Shown here: positions 1-8,241 of the stretch, piece after piece
How the letters are laid out: each line of letters starts with the position of its first letter
Numbering within the stretch: position 1 is the stretch's first letter
Origin: Spirochaetia bacterium
GTDB lineage: Bacteria; Spirochaetota; Spirochaetia; UBA9216
NCBI GenBank assembly: GCA_965140585.1
Contig: OZ223269.1
Span: forward strand, 192,001-256,000
DNA length: 64,000 bases
Reading direction: 5' to 3'
Position numbers and translations under genes: made by a program
The notes under the pieces: model-generated
Seen by the model: the letters and a program-made list of their open reading frames with translations, nothing else
The model's database searches: none
What the model was told of the DNA's origin: nothing

Positions 1-295
1 ATTTTGTATTTTTCCGGTTTTTTTCAGTGTCTTTAGGTGAACTACCCGGAAAGCCAATTTTCTTTATTATTTTTTTGAGTTCGATTTTATCATAACCAAG
101 TTCCGTCATTTTTTTCAAATGAACAGCTGCGTTAAGACTCTCTGAAGAATAGAGGGCTTCACCTTCTTCGGTATATCCTTCAGCCTCTATGAACCCTTCG
201 CCGGTCCATGTCTCGAGCTGTGGAATTGTGCTTCCCGATTCTTCACAGACTTCCTCTGCAGTGTAGAGTCCTGATATTTCTGTAATTTTGCTCAA
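1..295 (-). CDS. MerR-family HTH transcriptional regulator (partial, runs off window start)
   Basis: Not in the ORF track. Manual translation from TTG at 295 (GAGGT SD upstream) gives LSKITEISGLYTAEEVCEESGSTIPQLETWTGEGFIEAEGYTEEGEALYS..., which has the MerR pattern Y-T-x-x-E-V...L-x-x-W...G-x-I...R/L-Y. Confidence 0.65.
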   Translation of the reverse strand, partial: MSKITEISGLYTAEEVCEESGSTIPQLETWTGEGFIEAEGYTEEGEALYSSESLNAAVHLKKMTELGYDKIELKKIIKKIGFPGSSPKDTEKNRKNTK

Positions 296-304
296 ACTGT
301 ACCT

Positions 305-344
305 CAACGTATATGTTGTATGTAAAATACATAAACGTATACGT
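305..344. promoter_or_regulatory. Two related palindromes upstream of the MerR gene (candidate autoregulatory operators)
   Basis: CAACGTATATGTTG at 305-318 (1 mismatch) and ACGTATACGT at 335-344 (perfect). Confidence 0.5.
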
Positions 345-353
345 ATGGTAATA

Positions 354-1091
354 TTAATGCTTTATGAAGTCAATTAAAAAAGATGAGCTGGAAATTATTA
401 CACATATCAGTATAAATCCTGTCAGATAGATATGCGTACCTGGAGAGTTCACGTTGCTTCGATATCTGCGCTTCTCGGTGTAGCATCGGCTGTAATATGC
501 ATCAGACATTTCTTCAGATTTTCGAAGAAGACTGATAATCAAAGGAAGCGCTGTCAGTTTGATGTATCTAATAAATCCTGCCCTTGGGGTAAAGCCGCGA
601 GCTTTACCGGCTTCACTGAGTTCGGCTGAAATACGGAATATCATCGGCAGAAATCCTGCGGCTGCCGAAATTATCCCGGCTGCCCTTCCCCCATTAATAA
701 ACGGCAGAGGGTTAAGCAGGGTATGAACTCCGGCTGCAAGTTCAGAAGTCCCGGTTGTTGTATAGAAAACGACCGCAGCTGCTGCCATCACGCTTAGCCT
801 TACAAAAAAAGCAGCAGCTTCCTCGGGCTTTTCTCCGTTAAAATAACGTATCAGCGCAAAAACGGCAAAAAAGAGTAGAATCTTCCAGAGGACCGGTATC
901 TGCCTCAAGGTGTTTCTTCCTGCAGCAATCAGTACCGGGACAAGTAGCAGGAAAGCAGCAGGAACAATATACCAGTTAACGGTTCCGCACATTATGCTGT
1001 AGGTTAAAAGGGCAATGAGTTTTCCCGATGGGTGAAGCTTTGATACTGCAGATGTTCTGTTTGTGTATTCAAAAAGCAGAGCCTCTTTCAA
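354..1091 (-). CDS. ECF transporter T component (EcfT/BioN)
   Basis: Hydrophobic protein with an LHPxxKL start and conserved ARG and SRCY motifs; in an operon with an ECF ATPase and bioY. Confidence 0.88.
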   Translation of the reverse strand: MKEALLFEYTNRTSAVSKLHPSGKLIALLTYSIMCGTVNWYIVPAAFLLLVPVLIAAGRNTLRQIPVLWKILLFFAVFALIRYFNGEKPEEAAAFFVRLSVMAAAAVVFYTTTGTSELAAGVHTLLNPLPFINGGRAAGIISAAAGFLPMIFRISAELSEAGKARGFTPRAGFIRYIKLTALPLIISLLRKSEEMSDAYYSRCYTEKRRYRSNVNSPGTHIYLTGFILICVIISSSSFLIDFIKH

Positions 1092-1846
1092 ATTACCGCT
1101 TCCTTAAGCCAGGACATTCCGCTGATTTCCCCGGAAGGTCTCCTGATATCAAACTCTTCCAGTCTGCCGATTATATCAGCCGGCGAACCCTCAGCAGCCT
1201 TTCTTCCCTCTGAAATGATAATAAGCCTGTCTGTATGGGCAAGAATCTTTTCAAGATCATGTGAAATAAGAATGATGGTATGCCCCGTATCCTTCAGTTT
1301 TAAAATTTCTTCAAGCAGCAGGCGGACGCCCCTGTAATCAAGACCGGCAAAGGGTTCATCAAAAACAATAATCTCGGCACCCATGACTATGACGCCTGCT
1401 GCTGCTACCTTTTTCAGACTGCCGCCTGACAGTCTGTGCGGACTTTCATCAAGGAGCTCTGTAATCGACAGCTTTTTTGCAATTTCTTTCACCAGCATGT
1501 CTACTTCTGAGTGTGGTTTTCCCAGATTTTCCGGTCCGAAGGCTATATCCTCAGAAACCGTCTGTCCAATAATCTGTGTTTCGGAATTCTGGAATACGAG
1601 GCCTACTTTAGTTCTTGCATGCTTAGGGTCGTCGGCCGTACTTATGCCGTTTATCAGAACTTCCCCTTCCGTCGGTTTAAGCAGACCGTTAAGATGCTTC
1701 ATCAGAACGGTCTTTCCGCTGCCGTTGGGGCCGGCAATAACTGTAAGGCTGCCGCGCTCAATACTGAGATCAATGCCTTTCAGAGCCTCCCTGCCGCCGG
1801 GAAATTTGTGTCTGACTGACCTTACTTCAACAGCAGACGTATTCAT
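1088..1846 (-). CDS. ECF transporter ATPase (EcfA/BioM)
   Basis: Walker A GPNGSGKT, VFQN, DIAFGPEN, LSGG, FDEP, SHD. Confidence 0.92.
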   Translation of the reverse strand: MNTSAVEVRSVRHKFPGGREALKGIDLSIERGSLTVIAGPNGSGKTVLMKHLNGLLKPTEGEVLINGISTADDPKHARTKVGLVFQNSETQIIGQTVSEDIAFGPENLGKPHSEVDMLVKEIAKKLSITELLDESPHRLSGGSLKKVAAAGVIVMGAEIIVFDEPFAGLDYRGVRLLLEEILKLKDTGHTIILISHDLEKILAHTDRLIIISEGRKAAEGSPADIIGRLEEFDIRRPSGEISGMSWLKEAVI

Positions 1847-2403
1847 GCTCTGCGTGGCAGCAGTTCCGGGGCGGTTTTATTCAGGGCTGCAGCAAGACTT
1901 ACGGCTGCAGCAGCCTTAAGAGCATCACCGAAAAGGAAGGGGAGCATTCCGGCGGACAAGGCTTTAACCCATGTAAAATCAAGCCTCCACTTGAGCCATG
2001 GTACCCCGACTGCATAAATAATCAGGCTGGCCATAACAACCGATACGATATCCCGCCACAGACTGCGGTTTTTCCCGCTGTTTTTTGACGTTTTTGAGAC
2101 AGCTGCGCAGACAAGTACTGCCGGAATGTAAGATACCAGGTATCCGCCTGTCGGTCCTGCAAAAACCGCAGGACCGCTTCCTCCGGCAAAAACAGGAAGC
2201 CCGGCAACTCCGATAATAAGGTAGACAGCCGCAGAGAGTACTGCTCCTGAAACCGGAAGAAGCAGACCGGAAGTAAGCAGGAAGAATGTTGTCAGGGTAA
2301 TTGGAACCGGCCCGACCGGTACTCTTATAAAGGCTCCGGAGGCAATAAGCGCCGCAAAAAGAGCTATAAGCATATTGGTTTTAATTTGATGTCTTTCAGT
2401 CAT
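1843..2403 (-). CDS. bioY: Biotin ECF S component BioY
   Basis: PVPITL, GLPVFAGG, GPTGGYL and LPFLFGDALK BioY motifs. Confidence 0.95.
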   Translation of the reverse strand: MTERHQIKTNMLIALFAALIASGAFIRVPVGPVPITLTTFFLLTSGLLLPVSGAVLSAAVYLIIGVAGLPVFAGGSGPAVFAGPTGGYLVSYIPAVLVCAAVSKTSKNSGKNRSLWRDIVSVVMASLIIYAVGVPWLKWRLDFTWVKALSAGMLPFLFGDALKAAAAVSLAAALNKTAPELLPRRA

Positions 2404-2409
2404 TTTGAT

Positions 2410-3192
2410 CTATTTCTCCTGTTTGTCTGTGTTATGTATAAATGATTTTTCTATCTGCTCAAGATTTAAAAGAATCTCAGACATGAGTTCTTTAGTAGAA
2501 ATGGTCTTTCCTGTAACCGATTCAATGCTTGAGATTCCTTCAGGAAGTTCTGAAGCAGGAGTACTGATATACAATCCTGTACCTGTATGAAATTCTGATG
2601 TGTAAAAAAGTTCACCCCTGAAGCTGGTGAGAATGCCACCTACTTTTTTATTGTTGATCATCATACTGTTAGGCCATTTCATACAGCACTCTGTTCCGCA
2701 GGTTCTGCTTACTGCGCTGCATATGGAAAGAGCTGATGCTTCTGTGAAAGATGCAATCTTGCTGCTGTGAAGCGGATGCCTGAATATTCTGGTAAAATAA
2801 AGTCCGCCCTCAGGCGATTTCCATTCTGAGTTTTCAATTCCCATACCGCGATTCTGGGTAGCGGCAATAACGGTTGCTGAACTGTTATCCTCATGAAACA
2901 GACTGTATTTCTGTGCCTCATGCATTGTCGAATCAGTCTTCTTCAGATATACAATATCTCCCAGCTTATTTTCCAATTCCCACGGAAGAGGCTGATCCGT
3001 GCTCCTCTCCAGCTTGTATCCGCTTCTTGAAGATTCAATGGCATATCCGTCATCCTTGAGTTTTTGTATAATTTTCCAAACCCCGACCCTTGAAATCTTT
3101 AATTTTTCGGCCAGTTCTTCTCCGGAAACAGGGCAGGGAGAGTTTTTAAGGATTTGTATCACACCGTATCGGCTGTCGGCTTTGTTAACCAT
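2410..3192 (-). CDS. birA: BirA-family biotin repressor/ligase with N-terminal HTH; catalytic motifs degenerate
   Basis: SGEELAEKLKISRVGVWKII HTH, TDST, WKSPEGGLY, KWPNS, KVGGIL. Confidence 0.85.
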   Translation of the reverse strand: MVNKADSRYGVIQILKNSPCPVSGEELAEKLKISRVGVWKIIQKLKDDGYAIESSRSGYKLERSTDQPLPWELENKLGDIVYLKKTDSTMHEAQKYSLFHEDNSSATVIAATQNRGMGIENSEWKSPEGGLYFTRIFRHPLHSSKIASFTEASALSICSAVSRTCGTECCMKWPNSMMINNKKVGGILTSFRGELFYTSEFHTGTGLYISTPASELPEGISSIESVTGKTISTKELMSEILLNLEQIEKSFIHNTDKQEK

Positions 3193-3216
3193 AGATGTTT
3201 GTGTAGGTTAACGAAA
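3181..3216. promoter_or_regulatory. BirA operator (bioO-type) overlapping the birA start codon
   Basis: TTGTTAACC-N15-GGTTAACGA, matching the known TGTwAACC-N14/16-GGTTwACA BirA box. Confidence 0.85.
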
Positions 3217-3254
3217 TGTGTAAATAAAATCAACGTCCTTCTGTTCTGAATCTT

Positions 3255-3773
3255 CTATTTTAACTCAAATTCTTTCATGATTAAATCTGCTGCCTTTTTT
3301 ACGTCGGACAGTTTCAGAAATACAGCACCGCAATCAGAACAGTACTGACCAAGTTTTGGGTTATCAGACAGCACGATATCCGCCTCGGAAAGCGGGTTTT
3401 TAAGTTCGCCCTCATCACCGATAACTCCGGCCACCTCAATTCTGAATGCATTCCTGCTTTTGTAGCCCTCCGATATTATGATATCACAATCGGGAAACAT
3501 TTCACCAAGTTCGGATTCACTGCTTAAGGGACTGCTGTAGAACACAGTTCTGCCTCCCGGAGCAGACAGACAGACGGCTTTGGCGCCTGCAGAATAAAAG
3601 CGGTCTGTATCACTGCCGGGTCGGTCGGCGATGATATCATGGTGAGTACTCTTCAACGCAGAAACCTGCAGGCCGCGTGAAATGAGTTCCCTGATAAGCT
3701 GTTCACTGAAAGTTGTTTTTCCTGAATCCGACCAGCCGGTAACAGATACTACCGGCGGATTGTCTTTTTCCAT
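3255..3773 (-). CDS. mobB: Molybdopterin-guanine dinucleotide biosynthesis protein B
   Basis: GWSDSGKTT, LKSTHH, DRPGSDT...AGA, DIIISEGYK. Confidence 0.88.
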   Translation of the reverse strand: MEKDNPPVVSVTGWSDSGKTTFSEQLIRELISRGLQVSALKSTHHDIIADRPGSDTDRFYSAGAKAVCLSAPGGRTVFYSSPLSSESELGEMFPDCDIIISEGYKSRNAFRIEVAGVIGDEGELKNPLSEADIVLSDNPKLGQYCSDCGAVFLKLSDVKKAADLIMKEFELK

Positions 3774-3779
3774 ATTTTA

Positions 3780-3789
3780 ATTATATAAT
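3780..3789. promoter_or_regulatory. Palindromic back-to-back -10 elements (ATTATATAAT) serving two divergent genes
   Basis: TATAAT on each strand, each 6 nt from an ATG (3773 minus, 3796 plus), with no SD in the 22-bp gap. Confidence 0.6.
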
Positions 3790-3795
3790 TTTCAA

Positions 3796-4284
3796 ATGGC
3801 AGAAGTAAAGCTAATTACAGGAAAAATAAACAGCGGTAAAAGTACTTTCGCCGCAGCCTATATAACCGCTAAACAGCAGACTGGAGTAGCTACAGCAGGA
3901 TTTCTAAGTGATGCTGAATATGTCCATGGAAAAAAAAATCGATATTTCCTGAGAAATATAAAAACAGATGAGAGCTCTCTTGCAGTATCTGCGGTGAAAG
4001 AATCGGATGATATGAAGACCTTCGGCTTCAGCAGATTCTATTTTTCTGAGTCTGCATACAGAAATGCCTGTTATGTCCTGAAGGGGGCGGTGTCCTCCTC
4101 CATCATATTAATAGATGAAATCGGACCGCTTGAACTTAACGGATACGGATTCACACCGGCAGTGACGTTTCTATTAAAGTCGTTTAAAGGAGAGCTGATT
4201 CTCGTTATACGCAAAGATGCTGTAGAAAAAGCCCTGAGCTATTATGCTGTTTCTGAAAATGAATATGAAATTCTAAGGGACTGA
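3796..4284 (+). CDS. THEP1/DUF2478-like P-loop NTPase
   Basis: ITGKINSGKST Walker A, ILIDEIGPLE Walker B, GF...LILVIR. Confidence 0.8.
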   Translation: MAEVKLITGKINSGKSTFAAAYITAKQQTGVATAGFLSDAEYVHGKKNRYFLRNIKTDESSLAVSAVKESDDMKTFGFSRFYFSESAYRNACYVLKGAVSSSIILIDEIGPLELNGYGFTPAVTFLLKSFKGELILVIRKDAVEKALSYYAVSENEYEILRD

Positions 4285-4302
4285 ATTTAATTCCTGTACT
4301 TT

Positions 4303-4545
4303 TCAGGCCCAGTAGGTTGCCTTTCTTTTGCTGGTCCTCATTCTGAAAGAGCATCCGGCTATTGAACAGGCCATCTTGACTTCAGCTTCTGGATCCTTTT
4401 CGGAGGTCACTTCGATGACTCCGGCATTCAGTTTGATCGACACATCAAATATTCTGGGATTGACGAGCAGTGCTTTCCGGAGTTTATCGGCCTTCGGGGC
4501 ATCGAGTAAATCAATTACATAAATAAAAATAGTTGCTTTGGGCAT
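4303..4545 (-). CDS. Small HMA/ferredoxin-like fold protein lacking the CxxC motif
   Basis: 80 aa with a beta-alpha-beta-beta-alpha-beta pattern and its own sigma70-like promoter. Confidence 0.55.
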   Translation of the reverse strand: MPKATIFIYVIDLLDAPKADKLRKALLVNPRIFDVSIKLNAGVIEVTSEKDPEAEVKMACSIAGCSFRMRTSKRKATYWA

Positions 4546-4553
4546 ATCAGAAT

Positions 4554-4582
4554 ATAATAATAAATAGCCTTTTTTTTGTCAA
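4554..4582 (-). promoter_or_regulatory. Sigma70-like promoter for the 80-aa gene
   Basis: TTGACA-17-TATTAT on the minus strand, 8 nt from the ATG. Confidence 0.6.
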
Positions 4583-4669
4583 AATGTTTTTTTTGTTTCG
4601 GTAAAACTTGAAAAGATCCGATACAAGAGTTAAATTTAAAGCATTCGAATAAATATGTAGGAGAAAATA

Positions 4670-5215
4670 ATGAAAAAAATTAGAATTATTGTACTTGCTG
4701 TTCTTGCAGCACTTCTCGTTTTTTCCTGTGCCTCAAACAAGGTTGCAGGTGTTCCCGATTTTGTACTTAACCCGCCGATGGCTGATGATGTAATCTACGG
4801 AGTAGGCTACGGAAATCAGTCAAAGCTTTCACTTTCAAAGACAGTTGCTGAAACTAACGCAAGAGCTGACATTGCCAGACAGATTGAAACAACAATCCAG
4901 GCTTCTGTAACTGATTATGCTCAGGAAGCTGGTGTTGATGACAACACACAGCTTATCAGCTTCGTAGAGTCAATCACGAGAGAAATTACCGACAAGAAAT
5001 TAAGCGGTGCAAAACCTGTAAGATTTGAGCAGGATGATGACGGCGGAATCTGGGTTCTTATGCAGCTCGACAAGGCTGAAATGGTAGCTGCTGCTTCTGA
5101 AGCTTTCCAGAGAAATGAAGATGCCGCTTTCGCAGAGTTTAAGGCTGCTCAGGCTCTTGAAAAACTTGACTACCAGCTTCAGAACAATCCTACTGTATCA
5201 GAACCGGTTAAATAA
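4670..5215 (+). CDS. LPP20-family lipoprotein
   Basis: Lipobox VFSC, VPDFV, YGVG, AETNARADIARQI; AGGAG SD; TTGAAA-17-TAAATT promoter at 4608-4636. Confidence 0.82.
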   Translation: MKKIRIIVLAVLAALLVFSCASNKVAGVPDFVLNPPMADDVIYGVGYGNQSKLSLSKTVAETNARADIARQIETTIQASVTDYAQEAGVDDNTQLISFVESITREITDKKLSGAKPVRFEQDDDGGIWVLMQLDKAEMVAAASEAFQRNEDAAFAEFKAAQALEKLDYQLQNNPTVSEPVK

Positions 5216-5266
5216 GACTTTTTCTGAATCTATGAATAATAATGCATGTAGATAACATGCAGACAC

Positions 5267-5302
5267 ATAAAGCTGATCATGGTATGATCAGCTTTATTTT
5301 TT
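5267..5302 (+). terminator. Intrinsic terminator
   Basis: Perfect 14-bp stem ATAAAGCTGATCAT/ATGATCAGCTTTAT followed by a T run. Confidence 0.7.
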
Positions 5303-5319
5303 TAATTACGGGGGAAAAA

Positions 5320-6693
5320 ATGTCCATCTGCAAAATCAATAGAGAATACTTAAAGAAACTTTCTATAATAACAGTTACCTCAGTTCTGCTTACTGTCCTT
5401 CTAATTTCCTGTGCTTCCGTACCTAAGAAGCCTGACTGGGTCACTAATTATCCGGCAAATCCCGCCTTTTATACCGGAATCGGCTCTTCGAATACCGGAA
5501 ATGAGGCTGAGGACAGTGAAATAGCCCGAAAGAGGGCTCAGTCGAATCTTGCCGCAGAAATATCAGCAGTTATTATGAGTGAGGTTAATTACCGGCAGAT
5601 GGAAGACAGCCGCGGGAATGCTGAAAGCCAGGCTGTTGAGGAGATTACCCAGCTTGTTGAACAGAATCTTAAGGCTGTCGAGACTGTTGATTCCTGGTAC
5701 TCTCCCGATTCGGGATACTGGTACTACATGAGACTGAACAAGTCTGAGTGGCTTCGTATTCAGCAGAAGGAAATGGCGGATATCGACCGCCGGGTTAAGA
5801 ACCTGGTAGAACCTGTAATGTCTAATAATTCAAGGACCATAGCCGAAATTCTACCGGTTCTTGCCGACGGATGGGATATAGTAGCAGAATCAGCCTATGC
5901 AGGAATGATAGAATCCGAGCTTGGAGGCGAGCAGGGGGTTCTTCTTGATCTTCTTGAAAAACAGATAGCAATGTACATTGGCTCGCTAACCATCAGCTTT
6001 AATAATGAAAACGTATCAGCTCAGTCAGGACGGCCTGTAAGTCTTGATTTTGCAGTCAGTAGTCAGAAACCGAATCCACCCGGACAGCTGCAGATTGACC
6101 TCGTATCAAGGAATGATTCAAAGCTTATGATGAGCTGTACAACTCCTTCAAACGGCAGATACGGTGATGCAGTGGATATTTCCGGTCTCGGTGTAGGTAA
6201 AAATTATCTTACTGCTGTACTTAATACTGACGCTCTCGGCCTTGCAGGCGGACGCTTCCAGCTTAATCCGCCGAAGCGCGATTTCCTTGTTGATGTACAG
6301 AAGATTAAGTCGCTGCTTAATATAAGCTATACAGGCGATATTGCCGACATGGAGAACACAAACTCGGTATACGGAACAGTGAAGGCTGCAGTTTCAGATA
6401 CCCTTCCTCTTGAAATTATATCTTCCGGCAGTCCGGAATTTGTTGTTAATTTTACTCTGAATTACCGGAATGCGCCTCCCAACAATTACGGTTTTACCAT
6501 CATTTATGTAAAGGCAAATATTTCCATCAACAGACGCGGAAATAATATATTCACCTACGAAACTGCTGAGGTTAAGGGTGCCGGGCTTGACTGGGAACAG
6601 GCGAATACAAAGGCGCTTGATAAGCTTTTTGAAGAGCTTGAATCCGACAGCGACTACAGCTCAAAGGCCGCCGGGGCATTCACGGTTGATTAA
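5320..6693 (+). CDS. LPP20-domain lipoprotein (large)
   Basis: Lipobox LISC, KPDWV, YTGIG, ARKRAQSNLAAEI. Start moved from 5242 because that start lies upstream of the terminator. Confidence 0.75.
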   Translation: MSICKINREYLKKLSIITVTSVLLTVLLISCASVPKKPDWVTNYPANPAFYTGIGSSNTGNEAEDSEIARKRAQSNLAAEISAVIMSEVNYRQMEDSRGNAESQAVEEITQLVEQNLKAVETVDSWYSPDSGYWYYMRLNKSEWLRIQQKEMADIDRRVKNLVEPVMSNNSRTIAEILPVLADGWDIVAESAYAGMIESELGGEQGVLLDLLEKQIAMYIGSLTISFNNENVSAQSGRPVSLDFAVSSQKPNPPGQLQIDLVSRNDSKLMMSCTTPSNGRYGDAVDISGLGVGKNYLTAVLNTDALGLAGGRFQLNPPKRDFLVDVQKIKSLLNISYTGDIADMENTNSVYGTVKAAVSDTLPLEIISSGSPEFVVNFTLNYRNAPPNNYGFTIIYVKANISINRRGNNIFTYETAEVKGAGLDWEQANTKALDKLFEELESDSDYSSKAAGAFTVD

Positions 6694-6714
6694 ATAGACC
6701 TGATTAGGTATATT
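6686..6714 (+). promoter_or_regulatory. Sigma70-like promoter of the riboswitch-transporter transcript
   Basis: TTGATT-17-TATATT, placing the start site just before the riboswitch. Confidence 0.55.
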
Positions 6715-6725
6715 ATCTGCCACAC

Positions 6726-6763
6726 GGCGGTCGCAGTTCCCCGCCTTAAAAAAACAACGGAGG
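6726..6763 (+). ncRNA. preQ1-I riboswitch
   Basis: GGCGG-UCGCAGUUCC-CCGCC-UUAAAAAAACAAC-GGAGG: 5-bp P1, UCGCAG loop and A-rich tail running into the SD, directly upstream of a Q-precursor transporter. Confidence 0.9.
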
Positions 6764-6770
6764 CCTTTAA

Positions 6771-7454
6771 TTGAATACTCTTCTCTGGTTTATAATGCTC
6801 ATTATAAACTTCGCAGCAATCATGCTGGCGTACCGGCTTTTTGGAAAGCTTGGTCTTTTTATCTGGATTCCAATTTCTGTAATCGTCGCAAATATTCAGG
6901 TTATCAAAACGGTAGAACTCTTCGGGCTTACTGCAACCCTGGGCAATATTGTATATGCCACGTCCTTCCTTGTTACTGATATCCTGAATGAAAACTACGG
7001 CAGAAAGGATGCCGGAAAGGCTGTGGGGATCGGTTTTTTCGCGCTTATTTCGATGACAGTTCTGATGAACCTTGCCATTCACTTCGTTCCCGACCCAAGC
7101 GATTTTGCACAGGAAAGCCTGTCGACAATCTTCGGTCTTATGCCGCGCCTTGCTCTGGCAAGTCTTACTGCATACGCGCTCTCACAGCTGCACGATGTCT
7201 GGGCCTACAATAAAATGAAGGACCGGAAACCGGGACGCAAATACATCTGGCTGCGGAATAATGTGTCAACCATGGTTAGTCAGCTGATAGACAGCCTCGC
7301 TTTTACGTTAATAGCCTTCTGGGGCGAATTCGAAATCCCGGTACTGATAGAAATACTGATTACAACCTATCTGTTTAAGTGGCTTGTAGCCGTGGCCGAT
7401 ACACCTTTTATCTACCTGGCAAGCAGCTGGAAGGAAAAAGGTAAAGTAGAATAA
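6771..7454 (+). CDS. Queuosine precursor transporter (YhhQ/QPTR family)
   Basis: ANIQVIK, GNIVYATSFLVTDILNENYG, LRNNVSTMVSQLIDS, DTPFIY; TTG start. Confidence 0.93.
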   Translation: MNTLLWFIMLIINFAAIMLAYRLFGKLGLFIWIPISVIVANIQVIKTVELFGLTATLGNIVYATSFLVTDILNENYGRKDAGKAVGIGFFALISMTVLMNLAIHFVPDPSDFAQESLSTIFGLMPRLALASLTAYALSQLHDVWAYNKMKDRKPGRKYIWLRNNVSTMVSQLIDSLAFTLIAFWGEFEIPVLIEILITTYLFKWLVAVADTPFIYLASSWKEKGKVE

Positions 7455-7486
7455 AAAAAGGCGGGTTGATTCCCGCCTTTTTGTTT
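7453..7486. terminator. Bidirectional intrinsic terminator
   Basis: A run-GGCGGG-ttgatt-CCCGCC-T run between convergent genes. Confidence 0.85.
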
Positions 7487-7503
7487 ATAAATGAAATGGA
7501 TTG

Positions 7504-8136
7504 TTAGTTATCATAAATATATATATTCCCGTTGCTATCGGTAGTTGTATAAACATCTACGGCATTGTCATATTGATAATAAATATAATATTGAGATGAA
7601 GTCAAATAGACGTAATTGTAATCATCAGGATACAGAGTAAATCCTGACCAGGTCTGATAGTTAGCAGGATCGGGTTCTATATATACATTATAGGATGAAT
7701 AGTTAACAAATTTGAAACTATATTCATCATAAGTTGAATTATAGTATCCGTATGCATAATTTGTAGCAGTGCTTGATGAATCCCCTGAAGTATTGAAAAC
7801 AATATAACCATCGGTATCATTGCTTTCAGTCACATAAGCAGCATTATTATATGAATAATCAATATATAAACTGTAGCTGTAGAGGGTGTAGGTTCCATAG
7901 GCGTCAAGGGTAAAAGAGTACCAGTCTTGATAGTCATCAGGTGTTATCTCTATATCGTATGATGTATTATTTGTGAAATAATAATAATAGGAATAATAAT
8001 ATGAAGAATACAATCCATTTGCTGATGTTGATACAGTATCAGTACTGTCTCCGAACAGCAGCATATTTATATCCTTACAGCTGAACGTAAATATAAGTAA
8101 AACCGATATAATTAATAATAAAAGTATTCTCTTCAT
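7504..8136 (-). CDS. Tyr/Asn/Asp-rich lipoprotein with two internal ~65-aa repeats
   Basis: GGAGG SD before the ATG at 8136, lipobox TFSC; repeats FTNNTSYDIEITP..YQDWYSFTL and FVNYSSYNVYIEP..YQTWSGFTL. Confidence 0.75.
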   Translation of the reverse strand: MKRILLLLIISVLLIFTFSCKDINMLLFGDSTDTVSTSANGLYSSYYYSYYYYFTNNTSYDIEITPDDYQDWYSFTLDAYGTYTLYSYSLYIDYSYNNAAYVTESNDTDGYIVFNTSGDSSSTATNYAYGYYNSTYDEYSFKFVNYSSYNVYIEPDPANYQTWSGFTLYPDDYNYVYLTSSQYYIYYQYDNAVDVYTTTDSNGNIYIYDN

Positions 8137-8241
8137 GGCTGTTTTTCCTCCTGTATACACTTCTAATTATACATCATCTTAAGCCTGCTGTTGACCATTA
8201 TGCTAAGAATTTTTATATTAATTCATCAGGAGTGAATCAAT

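Noticed and set aside
5242-5319. N-terminal extension of the second LPP20 ORF
   Set aside because: It runs across a terminator hairpin and pushes the signal peptide far from the start.
7504-8136. Tyr/Asn-rich gene as a diversity-generating retroelement target
   Set aside because: No reverse transcriptase or near-identical template repeat is in the window; the internal repeats are diverged at all positions.
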